A DNA stretch of 64,000 nt from Diplonema japonicum (GCA_964019335.1 OZ025670.1:496001-560000); one strand, 5' to 3'. Numbered from the stretch's first letter, positions 12,838 to 23,831 are shown. Translations and numbers: made by a program. Notes: generated by a model from the sequence alone, not told the origin.

Positions 12838-13023
12838 AAAAAGAAGGAAAAAAAAAAAAAAAAAAGAGGGAGCTTTGAAAAGATACTTCTTTTTCTCTCT
12901 TTCTTTCCGAAAACCATTGACACTATAATTGGCTACAGTTTATTACTCAATAAAAAAAGAAGAAAAGAAAAACAACAAAACAAAAAAACAGGGAGAGAGA
13001 ACAAAAAAACACACAAAAAAAAA

Positions 13024-14212
13024 ATGGGAAAGAAGAAGCAAGCAAGGCCGGGTCTGGATGGTATCGCCCCGGGGGCAGTGCCCAAGGCGCCTTCACGGAA
13101 GGACAGAAGAGTAGCGGAGAGGGCTGGCAAGAAAGGTAAGAAGAAGCTGATGCCGGGAAAGGTATACAAAAAAAAAAAAAAAATCGAAAAAAAAAATATA
13201 TATATAAATATAGCCGCAAAAATCCGAATTAGAAAAATTGAGAAAAGAACGGCAAGGGTCCATAAAGAAAAGACAGGCTAGGCGTTCGGAACTAGAGAAG
13301 AAGGGGACTTTGGTATATTTGCTCTCCCCCCCTTCCCCCTTTTCAACATTTTCACACAGTACAACGAGAAGGCACTGCAAAAGGAAACAGCTGAAATCCC
13401 GCAACCTCCGTACAGAACTAACGTCAGCGTGCGTAAAATGATCCTTTTCTACGAGGTGTCCCTGCACAAGGTGCCAGTTGAGAAAATCAAGGTGCACAGC
13501 ACACCGACCAGGTTCACGGTCGACACATTAGAGTTCTCAAAGCAATGGGTCCTTAATGTACCTCATCCTGACGGCATCGTGGTCACTGATGAGGAGGGCC
13601 TCGCGGAGATCACACCCGACGGCATTTTGAAGGTGAAATTGAAGATAAAGACTCTACCAGAGGCCGTCAAGGCGAAGGAGCTTTCCAAGCAAAAGGTACC
13701 AACATAAACACTTCACACAATAACACAACAGTCCATTGAGGATGTGCGCAACCTTCGTTTCCGTCGCAACCAGGCAGGAGAGTTGATCACAGGGAAGAGA
13801 AAGATTACCATTGTTAAGGAAAAAGAGACAGAGAAAGCGGATGGGGAACCGAAAAAGAAGAAGAGGAAGACTTTCGTCACGGATAAAGATGCCGCTCTTG
13901 AGCTTATCGCGGGCATCCAGCAGGAGGAAGAGCCCAAGAAGGAACAGAGAAAGACAATGCTTGACCACGCAACTGACATGAAGGCGGACAGAAAAGAGAG
14001 GAGGCAGCAGAAGCGGGCGAAAAAACAAACGCTTGAGGTTTGATGAAAAGGGGAAAAAGAAAATTTAAAAAAAAAAAAAATACAGACCCAAGCCATAAAG
14101 CAAATCGTCAAGAGTAAAAAAGCAAAGCAGCAGCGGGATCATGTCAAATCGCTTGCCGAGGTGACCCCCCTCAAGGAGCCAACTGGGCGCAAGGTTCGAT
14201 TCAGTACGAAGT

Positions 14213-14214
<2 letters not shown>
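13024..14214 (+). CDS. Lys-rich protein with HSP20/CS-like domain, spliced
   Basis: Exons join through GT...AG introns near 13162, 13312, 13696 and 14038 and end ...GRKVRFSTK-TAG. The frame of exon 1 is uncertain. Confidence 0.6.
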
Positions 14215-14246
<32 letters not shown>

Positions 14247-14593
14247 CTCCACACTTCTCCTCTCTTTTCCCGCCCCGCCCCTTTTTTTTTTTTTTTTTTT
14301 TCTTTTTTTTTTTCTTTATCATCACACGATTTCTCTTTCACCTCTCCCCTCCTTTTTTTATTTATCAACACCGCTGCTATAAAGAGAAGAAAAAAAAAAA
14401 GAAAGACAAAAAAGACAGGTGGAGAAAAGTACATTGCAATCATTTGTTTAATAGGGGGAGGGAATTGTTGGCATCATTGTTTTTCTTTTTTTTTTTTTCT
14501 TTCGTTTTTCGTTTTTCAGGTCTTCCTCTCCCTTAAGTACCCTCGACAATAAAAAAAAAAAAAAAAAAAGGAGGGAATTACAAAAAAAAAAAA

Positions 14594-14803
14594 ATGGGAT
14601 GCTCCGAGTCTAAAGAAAATAAATCGGCAAAGGTATGGAAGGCGAGGGGACGAAGAATAATAAACAAAAAAAAGGGAACCGCTCCTGAACAAAAGAGGGC
14701 CAAGGAAAATGGGAAAGATGCTGCTGGAAGGAGAAAGAAGAAAGAGACATTTACGGACGAGGAGTCTCATAACACACTTAATCAAACTGCAGTTCCAGTT
14801 TAG
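14594..14803 (+). CDS. Small dually acylated (MGCxxS) protein
   Basis: MGCSESK is an N-myristoylation/palmitoylation motif. A probable in-frame intron lies at about 14632-14674. Confidence 0.5.
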   Translation: MGCSESKENKSAKVWKARGRRIINKKKGTAPEQKRAKENGKDAAGRRKKKETFTDEESHNTLNQTAVPV

Positions 14804-15420
14804 GTAGTCAAAGTAGAAGATTTTTTTTTTTTTTTTTTTTCCCTCGGAGCAAAAAGAGAGTATTAAAAAAAAAAACTTTTTTCTTAAAAGATTTTTCCAA
14901 TTTCGATCCATCAAAACATAGGTATTTTTCTAATCAGTTAAACATACCATGAAGGTAATATTAACCTTCCCCCCCCCCCCCCCCTCTCCGCCCCCTTTTT
15001 TTTTCTCCAAAAGAAAAAAAAAAAAAAAAGAAACCCCACGCAACCTGAGAATTTTATCCCTCGTGTACGGGTTAAAGAAAGCTCCTTGGGTGGAAAAGAA
15101 AAGAAAAAAAAAGAAAAAAAAAGTTTTAAAAAAGCGCATGGCCGGAGGGGAGGAAGAAAAAAAAAGGGGCTTTATTTGCCCCCCTCCCCCTTTTTTTTTG
15201 CCTGCGTCACTTTCTCTATAAAGAAGGGAGATAAATAGTTAGCCCAGGGACTTTTTTTTTTTTTTTTTTTTTTTCTGTGCGATCCATTTTTTTTTTATAT
15301 TATTATTCCCCTTCTTCCTACCCAAATGCCCTCCATTTTAACCCAAGTAATTCAAAAAAAGGGGAGGGGGATTCGAGAAGAAGAAAAAAAAGAGAGAAAA
15401 AAAAAAAAAAAAAGGAAGAA

Positions 15421-15975
15421 ATGGCTCACGTAGTGCTGAACGTGTGCGGGATGAAGTACGAGGTGCTGGTGGCCACGTTGCTGAACTCGCCAGAGACGAT
15501 GCTTGGTGGTTTGGTTGACAAGTGGAATGAAACCGGGGAGTTTTCAGACTCGAGCGCGACGACTCGGGAGATCTTCATCGACAGGAACGGGGAACGGTTT
15601 CAGTACATCCTGGACTGGTACAGGGACGGCAAGATCGTTCTCCCGCCCCATGTCTCCTACGAAGCTTTCCTCAGCGACCTGCAGTTCTTTGGGCTCCCCA
15701 CCGATGCCGTGCAATCCCCCTCCCGCAACCAGCTCTGTGTCGTCTCTTCCATCAACGGCCGCTGTTACATCGAAGGTGCTGTCGTGCCTGGTACAGACAC
15801 CCTGCACCGCTCCATCTGGGGGTGCCCTGTCGTCGACAACTCCATGACACCCTTCCCAGTCCTCTCTGCCCTCGCAAGCGACAACTGGCACCTTTCCCAC
15901 ACCCATGAGATTTCCGGCGGCACCTCACCCCAGGCACCCGACAAGGTTGTACAATACTTCTTCGGGCGTAAATAG
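15421..15975 (+). CDS. BTB/POZ (KCTD/T1-type) domain protein
   Basis: VVLNVCGMKY...PETMLG...IFIDRNGERFQYILDWYRDG. Confidence 0.9.
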   Translation: MAHVVLNVCGMKYEVLVATLLNSPETMLGGLVDKWNETGEFSDSSATTREIFIDRNGERFQYILDWYRDGKIVLPPHVSYEAFLSDLQFFGLPTDAVQSPSRNQLCVVSSINGRCYIEGAVVPGTDTLHRSIWGCPVVDNSMTPFPVLSALASDNWHLSHTHEISGGTSPQAPDKVVQYFFGRK

Positions 15976-16160
15976 GAGGTCTTCTTTTTTTATATAGATT
16001 CATTTCCCACACTCCTCCCTAGATTCCCTTTTTTTTTTTTTTTTTTTTTTTCTTTTTTTTTTTTTTTTTCTTTCTTTTTTTTTTTTTCAGTTTTCTTTTT
16101 TTTTTTTTTTTTTTAAATTCCACCATACCCTTGTATCAAGAAGGAGGGGGAAGGGCGGCC

Positions 16161-17087
16161 ATGAGCATCGCCACGAAGAAGCCCTGGCAAGGGATGGCAT
16201 GCGGTGCAGCAGGCAGCATGCTAGCGGACACGGTGTGCACGCCACTAGATGTGATCAAAGTCAGACTACAACTGTCAAAAAGCGGAATGTGCGAAGAAAA
16301 GTACAGCGGCGTCAGCGAAGCGGTCAAAAAAATATACGCAAAGGAAGGAGGAAGCGCCTTCTTCAAAGGCCTGAGCCCGGCACTACTAAGAGCAAGCACC
16401 TACGGGACGGCAAGAATAGGACTGTACGAGCCCTTCAAACGCTTAATCGCAGGCGACGTCGAGAAGAAGCACCTACCACTACGACACAAGCTGGCAGCAG
16501 GACTGGGCAGCGGGGCTGTTGCATCATTTGTCTTCACACCATGCGACGTGGTCAAGATAAGAATGCAAAGCGACAAGACAGGCAAACGGTATAGAGGCGT
16601 GTGGCATGCTCTCCGTTCCATTTCAGCTGCTGAGTCTTTTTCAGGCCTTTACAAGGGTGCCTCTGCCAACGTTGGCCGCGCGTCCATATGCGCTGCTGTG
16701 GAGCTCACAACTTATGACGAGACCAAAGAACACCTCATCGACAGCACACTGTGGCCCTACGAGAATTCCATACATACGCACATTTTGTGTTCCCTTATCG
16801 CGGGGTTTGCTTCTACTGTCGCCTCGCACCCGGTGGATCTTGTCAAGTCCCGGCTCATGAACCAGCCTCATGATGCTGCGGCACGATTGTACTCGGGGCC
16901 TGTTGACTGTATTGTTAAGACTCTTAAGGCAGAGGGTCTTAGAGGGACCTATGCTGGGTTTTGGCCTAGCTATTTCAGGATCGGGCCTCATACGCTGTAT
17001 GGTAATAAATATTTAAAGAAAAGTATTCACAGGGTTATCTTCATTACTGTAGAGCAGCTTCGGACATATGCTAACTGGGCGGCATGA
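16161..17087 (+). CDS. Mitochondrial carrier (SLC25; UCP/dicarboxylate-oxoglutarate-like)
   Basis: Three PxDxxKxR repeats (PLDVIKVR, PCDVVKIR, PVDLVKSR). A 36-nt in-frame intron lies near 16997-17032. Confidence 0.93.
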   Translation: MSIATKKPWQGMACGAAGSMLADTVCTPLDVIKVRLQLSKSGMCEEKYSGVSEAVKKIYAKEGGSAFFKGLSPALLRASTYGTARIGLYEPFKRLIAGDVEKKHLPLRHKLAAGLGSGAVASFVFTPCDVVKIRMQSDKTGKRYRGVWHALRSISAAESFSGLYKGASANVGRASICAAVELTTYDETKEHLIDSTLWPYENSIHTHILCSLIAGFASTVASHPVDLVKSRLMNQPHDAAARLYSGPVDCIVKTLKAEGLRGTYAGFWPSYFRIGPHTLYGNKYLKKSIHRVIFITVEQLRTYANWAA

Positions 17088-17217
17088 TCGAGGGGGAGCA
17101 AAAAAACAAAAAAACAAAAAAACGTAGATTGCGTAAATAAAGAAACAAGAATGGAGTTTTTTTTTCGCAGGGGCTGGTAATTTGGGTTGGAATTAATCAA
17201 AATAATCGCAATCAAAG

Positions 17218-18975
17218 ATGGCTGGGGAACCTCCACGTGGTGGCCCTGGGTCCCCTCCCAAGGGGGGGGAGCAAACTCCCCAGAAGGAGGCAGCATCATC
17301 AACATGGGTGCAGGTGGCGCGAATGGCGAGGTCAGTGAAGCCGGTGCAAGCGCAGAAGGTGACGGCGAAGGAATGGCCTTCTCGTCAGGTGCAGGAGGTG
17401 CAGGAGAAGTGGATGGACGAGGACGACGACAACGACAGCAGCAGCAGCAGCACGATCGTACTGCGAGCCATCTGGTGGAGAGCCGCATCCGGGGAGGACG
17501 GGTGGGCGAAGGTGCAAGCGGACGCCAAGAACGAGACGGTGAAGGCACTCAAGGCGCTGGGAGTCACCCTGCGGGGGATCTCAGAGCCAAGAGGCGAGGC
17601 CTGGAAGGGACAGCTGACCAAGCTGGACCTCCTGGTCTACGTGGCGGCCAACGAAGAAGGGAAGGCGAAGCAGGCTGGTGCGGGGGGCTTGTTCGTAGAG
17701 GACCGCAGGAGGAAGCGAGAGAAGCAGCCACCACTATGGCTGAGGACGTGGGACGTGGCGGCGGCGCGGGGGATCGGAGGACCTACGGCCACCCTCACAA
17801 GCAACGGGAGGGGTCTCGGTTTGGTGCAAGACGGGAACCTGGACAGCGACGACGCCAGACACAAAGCACAGGAGGCCGGCTTGCTGGTGGGAACAGGGGC
17901 CGGACGAAAGTTCGACCTCCACAGTGTGCCACGCGGGATCACGGGCGAGCAGGTGCAGGGCTTGCTACGGAACAACGGGTGGAAGGACGCGACGGTCATT
18001 CGCGTCATCCCGAAGAAGGGGCGGCAACTGGCGGTGGTCCAGTCGGCAGGGCAGCCCCCGTTCGGCGAGGTGCAGGTGGGGGAGCACCGGATGGCGCTGA
18101 CGGCGGCGTGGAAGCAGCAACCACTGCAAATGGTGGTGGCGAAAGGGGAAACGAGGAAGGACCCCAACGAAAACTGCGACACACGATACTCCAAGCCCGA
18201 GTTCCTCTGTTTTTACGGCAAGAACAAGGGCGAGGAGTACTGGGCGGCCGCCGACCCCGAGAAGCTGCAGGAACGGGAGCAGAAGGACGCGACCGCGGAC
18301 ACGACCACAGAACAGAAGAAGAAGAAGACAAAGAAGCCGCAGAAGCAAGAACAACAACAACAACAACAACAGCAACAGAAGGACACCACGATCAACGCAA
18401 CAGAGCTAGAGCAATACAAAATGCTCGTCACGAAGTTGCAGAGCGAAGTCGACCGCCTCAAAGATGCGCTAAGGAAGGTGGCACGCAGGGCGATGGAGAA
18501 CAGGGCCGCGACGACCCCAGCAGCCACGACAAGCGCTGCATCCCCGAAGCGGCAGAGGAGCGGCACTCCGGAACAGAACACGGAGACGCCGACGGCGAAG
18601 AAGAAGCCTGCGACGGCGGCGGCGGCAGGTGCAGTGTCCCCGAAAAAGACAAGCACGAACACGAACACGAACAAGGCAGCGTCACCGAAGCGACAGAGGA
18701 GCCAGACTCCCTCACCCTCCCCGTCGCCGAAGAAGCCCGACCCCAGCAGCCCCGGCCACAGGAAGCCAACAACCTCGTCGGAAGGGAAGCTGCAAGGCAA
18801 GGAGAAGAAGAAGCAGAAGGTGCATGTCCATGCTTGGTCTGCGACCTACCAAGCCTCACAGGGTCAATGCGGGTCATGTCATGGCCAGCTGAAAGGCAGG
18901 AGGGCGAGGGTGTGCGCCATGGAGAACTGCAGGCGGGAACAATGCGTGAGCTGCATTGGAAACCTCCCCAACTGA
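17218..18975 (+). CDS. LINE ORF1 (Gag-like nucleic-acid chaperone) with C-terminal Cys/His zinc-binding motif
   Basis: 585 aa; coiled coil, repeated AASPKRQRS, and a C-terminal H...CGSC...C...C...CVSC. Confidence 0.75.
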   Translation: MAGEPPRGGPGSPPKGGEQTPQKEAASSTWVQVARMARSVKPVQAQKVTAKEWPSRQVQEVQEKWMDEDDDNDSSSSSTIVLRAIWWRAASGEDGWAKVQADAKNETVKALKALGVTLRGISEPRGEAWKGQLTKLDLLVYVAANEEGKAKQAGAGGLFVEDRRRKREKQPPLWLRTWDVAAARGIGGPTATLTSNGRGLGLVQDGNLDSDDARHKAQEAGLLVGTGAGRKFDLHSVPRGITGEQVQGLLRNNGWKDATVIRVIPKKGRQLAVVQSAGQPPFGEVQVGEHRMALTAAWKQQPLQMVVAKGETRKDPNENCDTRYSKPEFLCFYGKNKGEEYWAAADPEKLQEREQKDATADTTTEQKKKKTKKPQKQEQQQQQQQQQKDTTINATELEQYKMLVTKLQSEVDRLKDALRKVARRAMENRAATTPAATTSAASPKRQRSGTPEQNTETPTAKKKPATAAAAGAVSPKKTSTNTNTNKAASPKRQRSQTPSPSPSPKKPDPSSPGHRKPTTSSEGKLQGKEKKKQKVHVHAWSATYQASQGQCGSCHGQLKGRRARVCAMENCRREQCVSCIGNLPN

Positions 18976-21900
18976 AAACGGGGAGGCGGAAACCGGGGTC
19001 AGAGGAGGAAGAGGACTTCGCGAGGCTCACGGCGCAGGGGATACATCCGAACCCTGGGCCCAACATGTACGTGTCGACAGTGAACGTGGCCTCCCTACGC
19101 AACCAAATAGAGGAGGTTACGACGAAGCTGGACGTCGACGTGATCTGCACGCAGGAGACGGCGCTGACCTTAGCTGGGCAGCAGGAGATGGAGCGGGAGC
19201 TCGGGAAGAAGACGAAGAAGAAGTGGAAGCCGATGTGGGGACCGCCGCAGCCGGGAAGGAAGGTGGAGGGAATCGCTTCGAACTGGGTAGCTCAGAGGGG
19301 AGGACTGGCAACCCTAATCCGAGAACCCAGGACAGCATTGCCAGGTTCTCTGGACACCAACGACCAATCTGAAGAACAACGCAGGAGGTGGCTGCACACT
19401 CAGGTCGCAATCGATGGCAAACGCAGATGGCTACATATCATATCGATATACTGCCCGGCAGGAACAGGACGTGAAGAGACCGCAAAGAGGGAGACCCTCC
19501 TCCACTACATCCTGCGGAAGAAGGCGAAGGAGCTCGGCAATGTGCCAATACTCGTCGTTGGCGACTTCAACACCGACGAGGCAAGATCCCCGGAACTGCG
19601 GAAGGCACTGCAGGCAGGATGGGCGGACACAGCGGACCTATGCGCAAAATGGAGAGGGAAACAACCTGATCCAACGTTTGTACGGGAGAACTGCGCCACG
19701 CGGATCGACAGGATACTGGCAAGTCCGGAGGCAGTACCGGCCATCACCGGATGCCAAGTGAACCAAGCGATCAAGGGGACGGATCACCGGACACTGACGG
19801 TTGCACTTGAGCTCGACAGATTCAGGATGACGGTACAACGATACATGCTGCCGAGGGGTCTGGAGACGGCAGATGAGCCAACGGAAGAACAAGGAGCCGA
19901 AGCAGTGGAAGCAGCCGGATTCCGACAGTACCTGCACGAAGGAAATATAACAAAAGCCTTCGAGACCCTCTCCCGGTGCACCGAAGACCTCCTCATAGAC
20001 CAACCAGTGGGGACGCCGGGGAGGGCAGCGTACGTCGGAAGAGGCAAACACACCAGCACAAAGGAGAAGGAAGTGTGTGCACCAACGACGACGGGAACGG
20101 TGGGTGCAGCTACAACATGGCAAGCGCGACTGGAAAAGCTGAAGCTCAAGACGCGGACACTGCAACAACAGCTCGAGCAAGCAGTTGAGGACAAGGGGCT
20201 AAGCAAGCCGACCCTGAACACGATAAGAAACGTGAACAGGGAAGCAAAGGCTCTGGCAGTACCAGCTGAACCGGTGCCGCACGACGCTGTTCTCATAGAG
20301 GACATGCTGGCAGCAGCGCTGAACATGGAAGACGCAATTGCAGCTGAGGAACGGAAGAAAAGGACCGAGGCGAACACGTCACGGAGACGAGAATACCTGG
20401 CCGAGGTTGCAGCAGGACGCGAGACAACAAGACTGGTAAAAGTCGCGAAAGGCAAACGTCAAAGCGACGGAACCAGGGCGGTCAAGGAAGGGATGGTGCT
20501 CTTTGCGTCCCCCGGACTGATCGACAGCGTCATGCGCAAGGCGTGGAAGACCGTCTTTGCGAAATACGAGTCCCGACCGGAGCCCCTCTATGCCCCCTTC
20601 AAGGCAAAGTACAGCAAGTTCGTGCAACGGCATGAGATGGAGAGGACACAACTGACGGGAGCAAGGCTGAGGGAAGTGCTCAGAAAGAAAAGCAAGAAAA
20701 GCGCGGCAGGCATCGACGGGTGGAGGATGCTAGAGCTACGGAAACTACCAGAGTCAGTACTAGACGCCTGGGCGATGCTCTTCCATGCGATCGAAGCAAC
20801 GGGGAGGTGGCCGGAAGCCATGAAAACGGCACTGGTTACCCTCGTACCGAAGTGCGACGATGCGGGACCACTGGAGCACAGGCCTATCACAGTCACATCT
20901 GCGGTGTACAGACTCTGGGCATGCGCGCGACTGTCTGATATCCTCATCTGGCAGGAGAAATGGATACACGACAAGCAATACGGATTCCGCACGGGTTTCG
21001 GGACAGAGGACGCACTTTTGGACCTCGCCCTTGACATCGAAGAATCCATTCTGGAGGGGAAACCGCTAGTCGGGGTGGCACTCGACTTTGCGAAATGCTT
21101 TGACAGTGTACCGCAACAGCTGGTTCTGGAGCTGGTGGAGGACATGGGCATGGACACAGGCATCCTCAGGGCACTGAAAGGAATGTACGCAGGCATGCGA
21201 AGACGGTTCAGGTACGCAGCAGGCGTGGGGGAGGAGTTCCACACAACCAATGGAATCCTTCAGGGATGCCCGATTTCAGTGGTACTCATCAACGCGCTGT
21301 TGGCGGTACTAATGAAGCAGGTGGAGAACGACACAGGGGTCCGCTCGCTGTCTTACGCGGACGATGCATATCTCTTGGCACGGCTCGGTGCGGCGTTGCA
21401 GGAAGGCGTAGACGCAGTGGAAGCCTTCTGCAAACAGGTGGGGATGAAGCTCAACACCAGGAAGACGAAGACCTTTGCAGTGAACAGGAAGACACCGGAG
21501 GTGAAGGTGAAAGGCGAGGAACTGCAGCCGACACGGACTGTAGGAGTACTGGGAGCCAAGCTGCGGACAGACGGCAGGCCGCAAACCAACGGCGACAGGA
21601 CGGCGGAGGCACTCGGGACGCTGAGCAGGCTGGGAGCAACGCCGTTGTCCTTTCAGCAGAAGGCGAAGATCATCAGCAGCACGATCCTACCGAGCTGCCT
21701 CTACGACTGCCCATTCTCACCGCCGAAAACGGGACAAATGGCCACGCTGGTGAAGGAGACCACGTACGCGCTCTGGGGGCAGAAGTACTGCACCAGGAAC
21801 CCAGGCACAGTACTATCCGTGACACTGCCGGGACACACGAGCCACCCACAGATGACAGCCGCATACAGAGCACTTATGCTCCTATACAGAGCCTGCAAGA

Positions 21901-23291
21901 AGGACGACAAGCTGTGGACACGCTGCGACGCCATTGCCAAACGGTACAGCGGGAAGAAGATACCGGTGGGACCGGTGGGCATCATGATGGAAAGGTGGCT
22001 GCCTCAGATCAAGTTAAGCTGGGCACAGCTGAAGGACACCCACGCACTGGAAAAGGAGCCCTACAAGCACTACATCAGGGACCGACTCAGGCGGGCGGAA
22101 GCACAGGAAATCATGAGCAAACGGAGCACCATGGGGGGCATGGAAGCTGCGGCAGCAGCGGAGACCAACGCGCTGTGGAGGAAGCTGGTGGTGACGGACC
22201 CGATTGCAGCAAGGGACGTGCGAAGGATCATCTCGGGGGCAGTGTTCTACATCAACCCACGGGGATGGCGCACGGACACGGTGGAGCACATCCCGATGGC
22301 GGAAGGAGAAGAAGACGAGGATGAAGACGAGGCTGAAGATGAACAAGAAGAAGAAGAAGAGGAAGGACAGGACACCGAAAAGTGGCTGATTGCGGAGGCG
22401 AGGAAGCAAGAAGCTAAGCAGGCCGAACCCACGACGGCACACTGCGACATCTGCGGTCAGGAGCAACAGCTGCCCAACATGCTGGAGCACGCACTGTGGG
22501 AGTGCGAAAAGGCCAAGGAAGTGCAACAGCGGGAAGAACACGAAGGCATGACGCGCAGGGGGCTGGAACCGTGTACGAAGCTGCATGGCATCCTGCCAAG
22601 GGGAGCAGGGAAGGATGTCAGGGAAAGGCTCGAAGGAACGCAGAGGTACCTGCTGGCGGTGGTGGGGGAGCGGGACGCAGCCCTACAAGCGAAGAGGCAG
22701 GAGGTGTACCACACACACCAGTGGCTGGAGATCACACAAGGTCAAGAACACCCAGTACCGTCGGACAAGGACTTCGGCAAGCTACCGGCAGGGGATGTCC
22801 TACGGGAGTACACGAAGGAGGTGCTGAGGTGGATGCGGCAACTGCGCTGGTATGCAGGCAGCAGAAACACGTCAGTGTCGACGGTGGAGCTGGCACTGGA
22901 TTTCGAGAACGTGACCGGGAAGACCCTTGGAGGGAAGCTGGGGGATCTCGCAGAAGTACAGCAGAAAGCGAGGAGATTGCATGGACTGATGAAGAAGATC
23001 TGGCACACATGGGAGCTAGGGAGGGTACTGAAGAAGGTGAAAGGAAGGAGGGCCTTCCCAGCTGAGCCGAGCACAAGGGTGCACACACTACGATCCATCG
23101 GGAGGACAAAGGCGGTGATCGGATGGAACAGGAGGGCGATATTTGCATCACCGAAGACCAAGCATGACCTAGAGGCATTGAAAGGACAATGGGCGAGAGA
23201 ACGAAGAGAAAGAGCGGCCAGGCTGGGGAGAAGGCCGGCAAGACCACCAAAGGAGGAGAACCCGCTGCTGAAAGGGGATAGGTGCAGGTAG
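18942..23291 (+). CDS. LINE ORF2: 2A-like peptide, APE endonuclease, reverse transcriptase, CCHC zinc finger
   Basis: GIHPNPGP; APE motifs TVNV, TQET, VGDFN, RIDRI, TDH; RT motifs RPITV, QYGFR, LDFAKCFDSV, LQGCPIS, YADD; CDIC...EHALWEC. The true start is uncertain because the frame is open from 17187. Confidence 0.93.
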   Translation: MRELHWKPPQLKTGRRKPGSEEEEDFARLTAQGIHPNPGPNMYVSTVNVASLRNQIEEVTTKLDVDVICTQETALTLAGQQEMERELGKKTKKKWKPMWGPPQPGRKVEGIASNWVAQRGGLATLIREPRTALPGSLDTNDQSEEQRRRWLHTQVAIDGKRRWLHIISIYCPAGTGREETAKRETLLHYILRKKAKELGNVPILVVGDFNTDEARSPELRKALQAGWADTADLCAKWRGKQPDPTFVRENCATRIDRILASPEAVPAITGCQVNQAIKGTDHRTLTVALELDRFRMTVQRYMLPRGLETADEPTEEQGAEAVEAAGFRQYLHEGNITKAFETLSRCTEDLLIDQPVGTPGRAAYVGRGKHTSTKEKEVCAPTTTGTVGAATTWQARLEKLKLKTRTLQQQLEQAVEDKGLSKPTLNTIRNVNREAKALAVPAEPVPHDAVLIEDMLAAALNMEDAIAAEERKKRTEANTSRRREYLAEVAAGRETTRLVKVAKGKRQSDGTRAVKEGMVLFASPGLIDSVMRKAWKTVFAKYESRPEPLYAPFKAKYSKFVQRHEMERTQLTGARLREVLRKKSKKSAAGIDGWRMLELRKLPESVLDAWAMLFHAIEATGRWPEAMKTALVTLVPKCDDAGPLEHRPITVTSAVYRLWACARLSDILIWQEKWIHDKQYGFRTGFGTEDALLDLALDIEESILEGKPLVGVALDFAKCFDSVPQQLVLELVEDMGMDTGILRALKGMYAGMRRRFRYAAGVGEEFHTTNGILQGCPISVVLINALLAVLMKQVENDTGVRSLSYADDAYLLARLGAALQEGVDAVEAFCKQVGMKLNTRKTKTFAVNRKTPEVKVKGEELQPTRTVGVLGAKLRTDGRPQTNGDRTAEALGTLSRLGATPLSFQQKAKIISSTILPSCLYDCPFSPPKTGQMATLVKETTYALWGQKYCTRNPGTVLSVTLPGHTSHPQMTAAYRALMLLYRACKKDDKLWTRCDAIAKRYSGKKIPVGPVGIMMERWLPQIKLSWAQLKDTHALEKEPYKHYIRDRLRRAEAQEIMSKRSTMGGMEAAAAAETNALWRKLVVTDPIAARDVRRIISGAVFYINPRGWRTDTVEHIPMAEGEEDEDEDEAEDEQEEEEEEGQDTEKWLIAEARKQEAKQAEPTTAHCDICGQEQQLPNMLEHALWECEKAKEVQQREEHEGMTRRGLEPCTKLHGILPRGAGKDVRERLEGTQRYLLAVVGERDAALQAKRQEVYHTHQWLEITQGQEHPVPSDKDFGKLPAGDVLREYTKEVLRWMRQLRWYAGSRNTSVSTVELALDFENVTGKTLGGKLGDLAEVQQKARRLHGLMKKIWHTWELGRVLKKVKGRRAFPAEPSTRVHTLRSIGRTKAVIGWNRRAIFASPKTKHDLEALKGQWARERRERAARLGRRPARPPKEENPLLKGDRCR

Positions 23292-23336
23292 AAGATGAGA
23301 ACAAGGGGGCGTCTCACAAAGACTTCCTTTAACTCA

Positions 23337-23373
<37 letters not shown>

Positions 23374-23799
23374 CATAAAAGAGGAGAGAGAGAAAGTAAA
23401 TATGAAGAGAGCGAGAAAAGAAAAAAGAAGAAGAAAAAAAAAACAGCTAATCTAATGGAATCCACTTTTTTTTTTATCCTGGGCTTAATTTATTTGAACG
23501 GGGCCTTTACAATATCCCCCTTACCTCCTTTGCTGTCCTTCTCTGTCTTTCACTTTTTTTTTTTTTTTTTTTTAAATGGATCAGTATTTGAAAAAAAAAA
23601 GGAAATAAAATAAAGATTTTGAAGAAAAAAAAATAAAAGGTAGAGAATGAAAAAATCTTCTTCCCTCCAACTATTTTTTTTTACCCCCTTCTTTTTTTTT
23701 TTTTTTTTCCTCTTTTTTTAACACATCCCTCTTTAAGACGACGACCGTACAAAATTTCGTAGTTTTTTTAGAACGAGAAAAAAAAAAAAAAAAAAGAAG

Positions 23800-23831
<32 letters not shown>

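Larger units (their letters stand above)
17171..23371 (+). mobile_element. Apparently intact non-LTR retrotransposon (ORF1 + APE-RT-CCHC ORF2)
   Basis: Two overlapping ORFs with no introns and a purine-rich, T-poor composition unlike host genes. A polypyrimidine-AG at 17157-17170 precedes ORF1, and a short 3' UTR is followed by a T-run. No TSD was recognised, so the ends are approximate. Confidence 0.9.

Noticed and set aside
17187-18941. About 585 extra N-terminal codons of the 2034-aa ORF overlapping ORF1 (apparent dual coding)
   Set aside because: The translation is low-complexity G/R/E-rich. The element is very T-poor, so stops are rare in alternative frames, and ORF1 is the protein-like frame.
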